A stretch of 61,693 nt of DNA, filler included, from Malacoraja senta (lineage: Eukaryota): assembly GCA_038087875.1 (NCBI GenBank). It is 3 parts of 3 records of this genome, joined end to end, with 100 filler letters (N's around TTAATTAATTAA, not from the genome) between each part and the next. Parts side by side here need not be neighbours in the genome. Positions count along the whole stretch, not along the records: positions 1 to 23,021 come from JAXLNO010002288.1; positions 23,122 to 52,788 come from JAXLNO010000485.1; 1 more part is not named here. One strand, written 5' to 3'. Positions 13,805 to 24,545 of this stretch are shown piece by piece. The notes below the pieces were generated by a model that worked only from the letters and a program-made list of their open reading frames with translations, had not been told where the DNA came from and did not search any database. The translations under genes were made by a program, and so were the position numbers. Each line of letters starts with the position of its first letter. Within the stretch, counting starts at the first letter, position 1.

Positions 13805-14196
13805 CAAAGATCCTATAGCGGAGCAAGATAGACCACTCCTGCTAAATGCAATGGGCTGACGTGTAGTACGCAACGGAGCGGAACGTGGGCCTTTTTTTCA
13901 TCCATTTCAGTAACCCGACCGGACCCGACTCGCAGTGCAATCAACTTTGCTGGGGAACAGTTTGTGTTAATAAATTAAAATTCTGAAAATGAGAAGATTT
14001 TTACCAAATAACTTTTATTTTTATGAGGATGTTTCCGTAACCGGCTTCCGTCTCCGCACTAGTATCCTATGGGATCTTTGGTGCGGAGACGGAAGCCGGT
14101 TACGGAAATGGGGCCTAAAATTACCCATGAATCTGCCCATGACCGTACTACATCTTTTTCGTTGAGTGGGCTATCTTGCTCGCTATAGGATCTTTG
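13805..14196. mobile_element. 392-bp MITE (hAT-like by 8-bp TSD and CA..TG ends) with about 33-bp TIRs and an internal 28-bp perfect palindrome
   Basis: TIR CAAAGATCCTATAGC(G)GAGCAAGATAG(A/C)CCACTC. TSD CTTCCCGC at 13797-13804 and 14197-14204. Internal arms at 14032-14059 and 14081-14108. Confidence 0.88.
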
Positions 14197-14509
14197 CTTC
14201 CCGCCATTACCCAGTCACGTGACCCGACCCCCGACTGCCAAGGGTTGGAATACAGGTGGCCTAAACACCGGGTGGCACCACACAGTACTGGAAGCGCTCT
14301 GCACAAGATGTTATTAAACATTGCAACTTTTCACCACACGCCCAGGCAGAGAGGCAACTGGTCGGGGCTGAGATGACCACGAGAAACAATTCACAGGGGG
14401 ACAGTGAGAACTCAGTCAGTATAATATCACAGGTTGGACCATTCATTGCAACAGGCCACTGGAGGTGGTCTTGGAGGGGAGGATGCTCCTCAAACTGCAG
14501 AACATCTTG

Positions 14510-14935
14510 AACAATAGAAACATTAAAATAGGTGCAGGAGTAGGCCATTCGGCCATTCGGCCCTTCGAGCTAGCACCGCCATTCAATATGATCATGGCTG
14601 ATCATCCAGAATCAGTACCCCGTTCCCGATTTCTCCCAATATCCCTTGATTCCGTTAGCCCCAAGAGCTAAATCTAACTCTCTCTTGAATACATCCACTG
14701 AATTGGCCTCCACTGCCTTCTGTGGCAGAGAATTCAACAAATTCACAACTCTCTGGGTAAAAAAGTTCTTCCTCATCTCAGTGTTAAATGGCCTACCACT
14801 TATTCTTAAACTGTGACCACGAGTTCTTGATTCCCCCAACATCAGGAACATTTTTCCTCCATCTAGCCTGCACAATCCCTTAAGAATTTTATGTTTCTAT
14901 AAGATCCCCTCTCATCCTTCTAAATTACAGTGAAT
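14510..14935 (-). mobile_element. CR1 LINE 3' end
   Basis: Peptide GESRTRGHSLRISGRPFNTEMRKNFFTQRVVNL, then 3' UTR and tail. Confidence 0.88.
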
Positions 14936-15249
14936 ACAATAAATCAGACTTCCTTCCAACAGCCTACCCCCTATCGTGAGTCAAGGGACCTATTCCTGAG
15001 TTGTCCATAAGGTTTACTGTAAATCTCTCTTACACTTACTAGTTTTATCCTTTTTCAGTATCTGTCGAAGCTCTTACAACCTGTTTTTATAAGCTTTAGG
15101 TTAGATTACTCTCACTCTGGCTTCCTCAGTCAATTTACAGGTTTGAATTGATTGATACAGCACAGAAACAGGCCCTACGGCCAACACCGACCATCAGCCA
15201 CTAGTTCTATGTTATCCCACTTTCTCATCCATTCCTTTCACACTATTTG

Positions 15250-15640
15250 GAATATTGTGAGCAATTTTGGGCCCCACACCTGAGGAAGGATGTGCTGGCT
15301 CTGGAGAGGGTCCAGAGGAGGTTTACAAGAATGATCCCAGGATTGATAACATTAACATATGAGCGTTTGATGACATTGGGCCTGCACTCGCTGGAGTTTA
15401 GAAGGATATCAGGGGACCTCATTGAAACTTATTAAATAGTGAAGGCCTGGATAGAGTGAATGCAGAGAGACTAGGACCAGAGGGCACAGCCTCAGAATAA
15501 AGATAGACAGATTTTTGATTAGTACAGGTGTCAGGGGTTACAGGGAGAAGGCAGGAGAATGGGGTTGAGCGGGAAAGATAGATCAGCCGCGAATGGAGTA
15601 GACTTGATGGGCTGAATGGCCTAATTCTGCTCCTTTACCG
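15250..15640 (+). mobile_element. CR1 LINE 3' fragment
   Basis: Peptide EYCEQFWAPHLRKDVLALERVQRRFTRMIPG..FRRISGDLIETY. Confidence 0.85.
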
Positions 15641-16440
15641 TACAAACTTTGAGGCAATTTCCAGATGCCAATTAACCTACAAGTCTTTGCTACGTGGGAA
15701 GAAACTGGAAGAGCCAGAAGAAACCCACACAGTCACCGGGAGCACATGCTAACTCCACACAAGAAACATCGGAGGTCAGGGTCGAACCTGGGTTTCTACC
15801 AGCTGCACCACCATCAGCAGAGCTGTGATTAAGGCTGCGGCCCGACCAGTCCTGATCCTTTGTCAAATTCCAAAACACAATCCTTCGGCTGACAACTTTT
15901 TTTTGCAACTTGTATTAAGCCTTTTTAATGTGATCGTTTTTTTCCCCCTGTAATCTACAGTTGACCCACTTTTCATACCATGACATAAAGGAATGTACAT
16001 TTGTGGCAGAATATGTGGTGTCAATTTAACTGGCAGCTATTACCAGGCAATTTAATGCTGTGTCCCAACCTACCATTGTTAACATGTTTTTAATATATTT
16101 GTTTTCAAGAAGGGTTCCAGTTCAAAATGGGGGAATTGGGAGAGTCCAGAACCAGGGGCCACAGTTTAAGAATAAGGGGTAAGCCATTTAGAACGGAGAT
16201 GAGGAAACACTTTTTCACGCATGGAGTTGCGAGTCTGTGGAATTCTCTGCCTCAGAGGTCGGTGGAGGCCGGTTCTCCGGATACTTTCAACAGACAGCTA
16301 GACAGGGCTCTTAAAAATAGCAGTCAGGGTATATAGGGAGAAGGCAGGAACGGGGTACTGATTGGGGATGATGTCACCTATCCACGGTCCCCAGAGATGC
16401 TGCCTGACCTGCTGAGTTACTCCAGCACCTTGTGTGCTTT

Positions 16441-16733
16441 GTTTTAGTTCAGAGATACAGCACGGAAACAGGCCCTTCAGCTCACCGAGTCCGCACCGAC
16501 GAGCGATCCCCGTACATTAACACTATCCTACACAGACGAGGGAAAGTTTAAATTTATACCAAGCCAATGAACTTACAAACCTTTGGATTGTGGGAGGAAA
16601 CCGAAGGTCTCGGATAAAACCCACACTGTCACAGGGAGAACATACAAACTCCGTACAGACAGCACCCGTAGTTGGGATCGAACCCTGGTCTGTGGCGTTG
16701 GGAGGCAGCAACTCTACTGCAGCCCCACCATGC
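16441..16733 (-). mobile_element. HE1/V-SINE-type SINE
   Basis: Reverse-complement copy with head, core and tail. Confidence 0.85.
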
Positions 16734-18079
16734 CCCCCTTTTAGTTTTTTTTTCTTCCTTTTGACCTATTAATATTTAGTTTCCTTTGTTTACAACAGAA
16801 ACCCTGGCTTGGTACGTGCTCAACATTATAGCCACTATTCAGTGGCCTATACACCACTGCCAACGTATTCTGTGTTCTCCTTAACTCCAAATTGATTCCA
16901 CACCATGATCTGCCGAGCCAAAATCCTTCCCGACTTTAGTACCAGTGCCACCAACAGCCATCCCTTTTCCTCACAGCCCGTCCCTTCTAAATTACAAGCT
17001 CATTCTCAGTTTAATGTTTCATTTTGAAGATAAGAAAAAAAGTTGGAGTAACTCAGCAGGACAGGCAGCATCTCTGGAGAGAAGGAATGAGTGACGTTTC
17101 AGGTCGAGACCCTTCTTCAGACACGGTTTCATTTCTCTGCTCAGCTTTGCCCTCAGCAATCAGCAGCTGCCCAAAAATAATTTCTCAGTCTGAAGAAGGG
17201 TCTCGACCTGAAACATCACCCATTCCTTCTATCCAGAGATGCTGCCTGTCCCGCTGAGTTGCTCCAACATTTTGCACCTACCTTCTCAACCTAACAGTTA
17301 GCTATCGGCCAGTTCGAACAGTTAAAACAAGAAGCACATGAAAGTCACAACAAGTTTGAAAACTTTTTGGAAGTGTAGGGTGAGGCAGCACTTTGGAGTT
17401 ATACAGTGTGGAAACAGGCCCTTCAGCCCAACTTGCCCACACCGACCAACATGTCCCATCTGCACTGGTCCCACCTGCCTGCATTTGGCCCACATTCCTC
17501 TATACCAGTCCTATGCAAACCTGCCTTAACTGCCTCCTCCAGCAGCCCGTTCCATACACCTTTGTGTAAAAAAGTTACCCCTCGGGCTCCTATTAAATCT
17601 TCACACCCTCACCCTAGATTCTCGATTCCCCTATTGTGGGGAAGAGACCCAATCTATACCTCTCACGATTTTGTATACCTCTAAGATCACCCCTCATCCT
17701 CCTGTACTCCAAAGGATAGAGTCCTAGCTTGCTCACCCTCTCCCAATAGCTCAGGCCCTCGAGTCCTGGCAACATCCTACACAGGAGAAAACATAGTAGT
17801 GGCTCAGGTAAATACCGCCCGGTTCAATAAATCTGGAAACGTGTCAGCAAACACAAGGGACTGCAGATGCCGGAGTCTCAAGGGTCCCGACCTGAAACAC
17901 CTTTCACAATGGCCTGTCCATTCCTCTCCACAGATGCTGCCCGACCTGCAGAGTTCCTCTAAAACTTTTGTGTTTTGCTGAAACTTTTTTTTCCTGTAAA
18001 GTGCGTTCATGTTGATCTAGGAGGTTTGATCTAGGAGGTGTATAAACCCCTCTGTGTGAGTTACGAAACCAACCAGGGG

Positions 18080-18720
18080 TTGCTTCACCCGTGGAGGGAG
18101 AAGGGACTGGGACTGTGGGTGTCCCACCAAGGGGTCCCGTCCCGAAACGTCGCCTGTCTGCCTGTCCCACTCCCGCCGCCTGTCCCGCCGCCTCTCCCCT
18201 TGCAAGCCTCGGCGCAGAGCTGAGTTGCCTGGGGCTGAAGTTGCAGCTGCCCCGCGGAGAGGCGGGTTCCACCTGGCACCACCTACCTACCTACCTACCA
18301 TTCCTCCCAGCTCCACGTCCTGATCGTCCGCCAGTATCAGCACGATGTTCCTCCCGGCGCAGCGGCCCGAGCCGCAGCACGCCGCCAGCAGCAGCAGAAA
18401 GGCTGCCAGCTTCACCTTCAGCTTCAGCTCCATGGCAAAGTTCCGCGGACGGGGAGGAAATGCGGGGCTCGAACCGGCCACCTGGAGCAGACTGGACTGG
18501 ACTGCGCTTGTCTCCGGCTTCCTGCCTCCACTCGACAGCGCCGCCCTCCGGCAGCGCAGCGCTTTAACACCGCGGGCGGGGCTGCGGGTGAGTGACGGCG
18601 CGCCCAGCCAATCAACGGCGCCGCGCAGCTGACGTCTGCCTCAGACAACCAATCGCATTGATCGTCCCGCCCCTTTGAGAAAATTAGCATAAAAGGGACC
18701 GTGCCCACCAATGGTCTGGT
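18080..18720. promoter_or_regulatory. CpG island / promoter of the GNS-like gene
   Basis: Sharp local GC and CpG enrichment around exon 1. GC box GGGCGGGG at 18574-18581. CCAAT motifs at 18608, 18649 and 18708. No obvious TATA box. Confidence 0.8.
18299..18433 (-). CDS. GNS: N-acetylglucosamine-6-sulfatase-like gene, coding exon 1 (signal peptide and start of sulfatase domain)
   Basis: Kozak gccATGg at 18433. Translates to MELKLKVKLAAFLLLLAACCGSGRCAGRNIVLILADDQDVELGGM: a hydrophobic signal peptide plus the GNS N-terminal motif NxVLxLxDDQDxxLGGM. Ends in phase 0 at a GT donor (18298), as GNS exon 1 does. Orthologue versus paralogue (gnsb-like) is not resolvable by eye. Confidence 0.92.
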
Positions 18721-18826
18721 CGCGCTCTGGCCAAGGATAACAACAGTCCTTTCAGCTGAGGCTGAGGGTGAGGGTGAGGGTCACTTGCACCTCCACCTCC
18801 ACCTCCACCAACCCCATCTACTGCAC

Positions 18827-19021
18827 CAGGTTCACTTGCACCTTCACCAACCCCATCTACTGCACCAGGTTCACTTGCACCTCCTCCAACCCCATCTACT
18901 GCAACAGGTTCACTTGCACCTCCTCCAACCCCATCCACTGCAACAGGTTCACTTGCACCTCCTCCAACCCCATCCACTGCAACAGGTTCACTTGCACCTC
19001 CTCCAACCCCATCCACTGTAT
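18827..19021 (+). repeat. 39-bp tandem repeat (5 full units plus a degenerate upstream unit) derived from Penelope coding sequence
   Basis: Unit CAGGTTCACTTGCACCTCCTCCAACCCCATC(T/C)ACTGCA(C/A). Units start at 18827, 18866, 18905, 18944 and 18983. Confidence 0.95.
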
Positions 19022-19147
19022 CTGTTAATCCAGGTGTGGACTCTTATACATTGGCGAGACCAAATGTAGACTGGGCAATCGTTTCGCTGAATACACCTTT
19101 GTCTTATGTTAAAGAAGGAACTGCAGATGCTGGAAAATCAAAGGTAG

Positions 19148-19288
19148 ACAAAAGTGCTGGAGAAACTCAGTGGGTGCAGCAGCATCTATGGAGCGAAGGA
19201 AATAGGCAACGTTTTAGGCCGAAACGTTGCCTATTTCCTTCGCTCCATAGATGCTGCTGCACCCACTGAGTTTCTCCAGCACTTTTGT
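19148..19288. repeat. Perfect fold-back: 67-bp arms, 7-nt loop (Penelope pLTR-derived)
   Basis: 19148-19214 is the exact reverse complement of 19222-19288. Loop TAGGCCG. Confidence 0.95.
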
Positions 19289-20229
19289 ACACCTTTGTCT
19301 TGTCTTGTCTGTCTTTGTCTTGGCCTATGTGATCTCTCGGTTACCACTTTAACTCCCCCTCCCATTCCCACACTGACCTTTCTGTCCCGGGCCACACACA
19401 AATTTGAGGAACAGCTCCTCATATTTCACTTGGGCAGCTTACAACCCAGTGGTACAAATATTGATTTCTTTAATTTCAAGTAAACCATCCCTCCCCCATC
19501 CTAGTTGTTGTACTAGTTTCACTGAGTTTCATTTCTGAATAACTTGGTAACACCTGGCCCACATCCAACATTAGTCTGTTTCCTTGTTCATTGTTACTTT
19601 TTTTGCACATCTTTCATTCATTTGCCTGATTTCTCTCTATATCACCATCTATATCTCTTGTTTCCCTTCCCCCTGACCCTCAGACTGAAAAAGGATCTCG
19701 ACCTGAAATATTTTCCTAATCCTTTTTCTTTTCTCCAGAGATGTTGCCTGATCTGCTGAGTTACTCCAGCTTTTTGTGACTATCTAGCATTTTAATCCGT
19801 TGGCCATTGGCATTGAGGGTAATAAAATGTTCCCCTCCTTTGATTATGGTCACTGTAATTGATTATTTTTAAACAAGCTCTTCAAATATGTTTCTTATTT
19901 GGTGATCAATGAAACGAGCTGCCAGAGGGGGAAGTTGAAGCAGGTGCTATAACTGTATTCAGAGTCATACAGTGCAGAAACAGGACCCTCAGCCCAACTT
20001 GCCCACACCAACCAACATGTCCCATCTACACTGATCCTACCTGCCTGCATTTGCCCCAATAAAGGTTTCGACCCAAAACGTTGCCTATTTCCTTCGCTCC
20101 ATAGATGCTGCCTCACCTGCTGAGTTTCTCCAGCATTTTTGTCTACCTTCCTTCTAAAGCTCTCCTATCCATGTACTTATCTAAATGCTGCTTAAATGTT
20201 GCAATAGTGCCCATCGCAACTACTTCCTC

Positions 20230-20515
20230 CTGCCTCGCAGCGCCAGAGACCTGGGTTCGATCCTAACCTCGGGTGCTATCTGTGTGGAGTTTGCAGGTTC
20301 TCCCTGTAACCCTGTGGGTTTCCTCCTGGTGCGCCGGTTTCCTCACACATCACAAAGACGTGTAGGTTTGTAGGTTTATGGGCCTTTGTAAGTTATCCCT
20401 TTGTGTGTAACTTACAAGTGTAAGATAAAATAGAAGTGTAAGTGAATGATCGATGGTCGGCATGGATTTGGTGAACTGAAGGATAGTTTTCCATACTGCG
20501 ACTGTAAACTAAACT
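20230..20515 (+). mobile_element. HE1/V-SINE-type SINE
   Basis: Same architecture. Minus-strand copies follow at about 21628-21917, 24826-25118 and 26828-27095. Confidence 0.8.
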
Positions 20516-21282
20516 CTTCAGACATTCACAATGTCTATACATTCATTCGTGTTATACTCAGTAATGTTCACACCTATGTTCATATAAAACACCCTTGTCA
20601 CCCATGTAGCCCCCTTAGTTTAGTTTAGTTTATTGTCACGAGGTACAGTGAAAAGCTTTTGTTGCATGCTATCCTGTCAGCGGAAAGACAATACATGATT
20701 ACAGTCGAGCCATTCACAGTGTACAGATACACGATTAAGGAAGAACGTTAAGTGCAAGATAAAGCCAGTAAAGTCCGATCAAAATAACAGTTCAGGCCTG
20801 CTCTCTAGTTGTGGTAGGATGGTTCATCCAGGGCGCCACTCATCCTTGATTATGCTGCCGGCCTTGCCGAGGCAGCGTGAGGTAAATGGAACCAATGAAA
20901 GGAAGGTTGGTTTGTGTCACGGTCTGGGCTGTGTCCACAATTCTCTACAATTTCTTGGGATCTTGCGGTCCAGAGGTGATATCCCTCCACTTGTTTGATG
21001 GGTGTCCCCACCAGACTCTGCTCCTCAATGTCCAGCAGTGGAAGGACTCTAGACTGTGGTCGTCTACCACAGAGCTTTGGCAATGGCTGACCAGAACAAT
21101 GGCTGACGTACTCCTGCAGTCTGGAATGGGTCTTGCACAGGTATATGGATCGGAAAGATTTGAAGGGATCACTTTTTATTTATATAGCACATTTAAAAAA
21201 CAACTCTCGTTGGCCAAAGTGCTTTACATTGGTGGAGGTACTAACGTTATACAACATTTACAGTCATAGAGATATACAGTAC

Positions 21283-21458
21283 GGAAACAGGCCCTTCAGC
21301 CCAACGCGTCCATACCGAACAAGATGCCTGATCTAGCTAGTGCCCATCTGCCCATGATTGTCGGAAACAGGGATATGGGACAATCATGGGCAGATGGGCA
21401 CTAGCTAGATCAGGCATCTTGTTCGGCATGGACGCGTTGGGCTGAAGGGCCTGTTTCC
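21283..21458. repeat. Fold-back of a CR1/SINE 3' tail: 80-bp arms with one mismatch, 16-nt loop
   Basis: 21283-21362 versus reverse complement of 21379-21458. Single difference ccatAccg / ccatGccg. Confidence 0.95.
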
Positions 21459-23021
21459 ATGACTGTACATATAGTTAGTACTAAGGTGCCACAAGAAACT
21501 GCAGTGTTGGTTTACTGGCCTTCTCCAGTTTATCTGCAATCTCCCCTTCTCTAACACAGAGCCTCCCTACCACACGCTCTACCATTCACCAGCTGTTAAG
21601 CACCAGGCTCATGAAAGCCTCTGTTAAGTTTTAGTTTAGAGTTTAGTTTAGAGATAGAGCACGGAAACACACCATCCACACCGACCATCGATCACCCGTT
21701 CACACTAGTTCTACGTTATCCCACTTTCTCATCCACTCCCCACACTAGGGGCAATTTACAGAGGCCAATCACCCTACATGCCGGCAGGGATCAGAGAGGA
21801 AACCCACGCGTCACAGGAAGAATGTGCAGACTCCTCACAGACAGCAGCCGAGGTCAGGGTTGAAGTCAGATCTCTTGCACTGTGAAGCAGCGGCTCTATC
21901 CGCTGCACCACTGTGCCAATAGACAATAGACAATAGATGCAGGAGTAGGCCATTTGGCCCTTCGTGCCAGCACCGCCATTCAATGTGATCATGGCTGATC
22001 ATCCCCAATCAGTACCCCGTGCCTGCCTTCTCCCCATATCCCCTGACTCCGCTATTTTTAAGAGCCCTATCTAGCTCTCTCTTGAAAGCATCCAGAGAAC
22101 CTGCCTCAACCGTTCTAATCCCTGTTGCAACTTCCTGTTCTATTTTGATAAATCGTCTCAAACATCTTTAACCATGTCTTTTTTCTCACCACAAACTTAG
22201 CTTCACTCTCTTCTCTCTGCTACTGTTTTGGTTTCTCCAAAACAAAATTCCTTTGGGATACCTTCTAATGTTTTAGTTGTAGGATATACGTTTAGTTGCC
22301 ACTGGAACTGGTTACCTTCGAAGGACACAAAATGCTGGAGTAACTCAGCGGGTCAGACAGCATCTCTGGAGAAAAGGAATAGGTGACGTTTCAGGTCGAG
22401 ACCCTATTCCTTTTCTCCAGGGATGATGTCTGAGCCTCTGAGTTACTCCACCTTTTTGTGTCATATCTTCGGTTTAAACCAGCATCTGCAGTTTCTTCCT
22501 ACACAGTTATCTTTGATATTGCTCAAAACTTTCATTCTCCCTCAATGAGTAATTACCCTGACCTTTGTCAAACTGAATCAAACAGATTATAAGTGTGTGT
22601 GCGTGATTCATTATATTCTAAGGTGAAGGGGGGGTTTGGGGGAGGGAGGAGTGGGCGGGGTGGAGGAAGGAGGGTGTGGGAGGGGTGTAGGAGAGGGAGG
22701 GTGTGGGGGGTGAGGGGTTGTGGGAGTAGCGGATGGGATGTATGTGGGAGGGGGTGGTGTGGGCCCCCGCTCGCAGAACACAGCCCCCGCTCGCACTTTG
22801 CTCACTACGCTCTTTCAGCTTTATTCTCACGGCCGGTGATTGACAGCGGGTGCCAGAAGGGGCGTCGCTGTCCTGACGAATAACAGACCAATAACCTTTC
22901 TAATATTTCACCGATCGGAAACATATTTGACTTGCAGCAGAGGAGAATGGTGAGTAAGGTGGCGAAAAATCGTAGCACTATCGAGGATCGTTTTTGCACA
23001 AATTTAATTACAACGCAGTGG

Positions 23022-23121
23022 NNNNNNNNNNNNNNNNNNNNNNNNNNNNNNNNNNNNNNNNNNNNTTAATTAATTAANNNNNNNNNNNNNNNNNNNNNNN
23101 NNNNNNNNNNNNNNNNNNNNN
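23022..23121. other. Assembly gap (44 N + TTAATTAATTAA + 44 N)
   Basis: Identical 100-bp construct at 52789-52888. The true gap size is unknown. Confidence 0.97.
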
Positions 23122-23129
23122 ACTTTGCT

Positions 23130-24545
23130 AATAGGTGGGAGTCCAGCTATCAAAATAATAGTGGTCCTCATTTATCAATTGTATATTAAATCTGCTTCTA
23201 TTTATTTTTTTATTTTTTTATAGATAGAAAGTGAGAAATTTAAAAAAAAAGGCATGATAAAGAAGAATGGAATAATTTACCAATAATACAACTTTGGAGA
23301 TAGGTCCGTAGGTTATAAAGCATAACTATTCATCTAATCCTGAGCTTGGATTTCAGTCAGATTCCCATGCTGAACCAATTTACCCTTTCAAAAAAGTCAA
23401 TTAAGACAAGTCTACTTCTTTCCAAATGTAGGGTCTCTGATATTTCCATAATCCACATTTTAATTGTGGGGTTTATAGGACCTTTCCAAAATGTTAATAT
23501 TAATTTTTTCCCAATTATTATACTATAATCAAGAAAGTTTCTTTGGTTTATTGTAAGTCTTAGGCTTTGTTCTGATATTCCTAATATTATTAGTTTTGAG
23601 TCGGGATCCAGAAGGGGAGGGGCCATCTTGGGGAACGGCTGCTAGGTCAGCAGCTGTCCGTTTAATTCACTTTTTTTTTGTAGTTCTAGTGAGTCCTGTG
23701 TTCTGTTTGTGGGAGAAATAGACTTTTTAATGTAGGGGGAAGGGGGTAACTATATTTCTAGGTCCCTACCTGGTCGGTGAGGCAGCTTTTTCTCCGGGCT
23801 GCCCCGTCGACCCGTCCTCGTGGCCTACCAGCGGGCGTGGAGCGCCGTTTTCCTGGAGGGGACCGCCCAGCACCTCGGCTTCGGTGGCGGCATAGCGCTG
23901 GAGCGGGCGATGCCTTGCCTGGGTCGCCACGCTGGATCGACGCGCTGGAGCTCCGGTGAGCTGTGACTGCCGAGGTCAACACCTCCGGGCTGCGGGTCTT
24001 TCGTTATGGGTTGGCCTAATTCATTTTCCCATATAAATCCGTCAGCGGGACCTCACTATCTAAGAGGGTATTATAAATATGAGATATTAATTTTTCTGTA
24101 TTATGATGTTTATTCAAACATTCATCAAGGATTTCTGTAATCTTGTGTATTTGATTTAATGTAATCTTTAAGTTGTAAATATCTGAAAAAGTTATTTGAG
24201 TGTGGTCCGTAAATCTGTTGTAACTCCTGAAATGAAAGAAAAGTGCATTTCCTAGAAAGATGTCCCATCTTTTTAATTCCATAATTTTTCCATTGTGTAA
24301 AGCCTTTATCCAACATGGAAGGTTTGAATAAAGGGTTGTTTATAATGGGGACACAGAGTGAAAAATTATCCAATTTTAAAGACTTTTTTAATTGTTTCCA
24401 AATTCGTATACCACTATATATTATAGAATTTTCACTATAGGTTTTTTAATGCAATTTTGTGGGAGCAAATATAATTGAACCAATATCAAAAGGCAAACAG
24501 TCTTTCAATATTTTGTATGATTCAATTGATGTCTTTCATATTAGT
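23130..24545 (-). mobile_element. 5'-truncated L1 fragment (ORF2 C-terminus and 3' UTR), interrupted at about 23618-24015 by a GC-rich insertion
   Basis: Peptides PIINNPLFKPSMLDKGFTQWKNYGI..FFRYLQL and LHLERSRL resemble the fish L1 ORF2 C-terminus and the element at 36.3-37.3 kb. It abuts the assembly gap. Confidence 0.75.
23618..24015. repeat. Unclassified GC/CpG-rich interspersed element inserted in the L1 fragment
   Basis: Abrupt switch from AT-rich L1 sequence to CpG-rich sequence starting ggggccatcttggggaacggctgc. L1 sequence resumes afterwards. Family not recognised. Confidence 0.4.

Larger units (their letters stand above)
18776..19785 (+). mobile_element. Penelope-like element 3' portion (GIY-YIG endonuclease remnant and pLTR-type tail)
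   Basis: RFTCTSSNPIHCIC*SRCGLLYIGETKCRLGNRFAE (about 18984-19095) and HKFEEQLLIFHLGSLQPSGTNIDFFNFK* (about 19395-19483) match the PLE GIY-YIG domain and C-terminus. Confidence 0.8.

Noticed and set aside
18684-19069. Low-complexity ORFs (His/Leu/Gln-rich on plus, EPVAVDGVGGGAS repeats on minus)
   Set aside because: They are by-products of the stop-free 39-bp tandem repeat.
22930-22960. ATG|GTGAGT donor-like site as the end of a class I leader exon
   Set aside because: The upstream frame (DLQQRRM) is not a hydrophobic signal peptide.
23066-23077. TTAATTAATTAA embedded in N runs (also 52833-52844)
   Set aside because: The same 44N-12-44N construct occurs twice and puts stop codons in all six frames. 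It is a scaffolding spacer, not biology.
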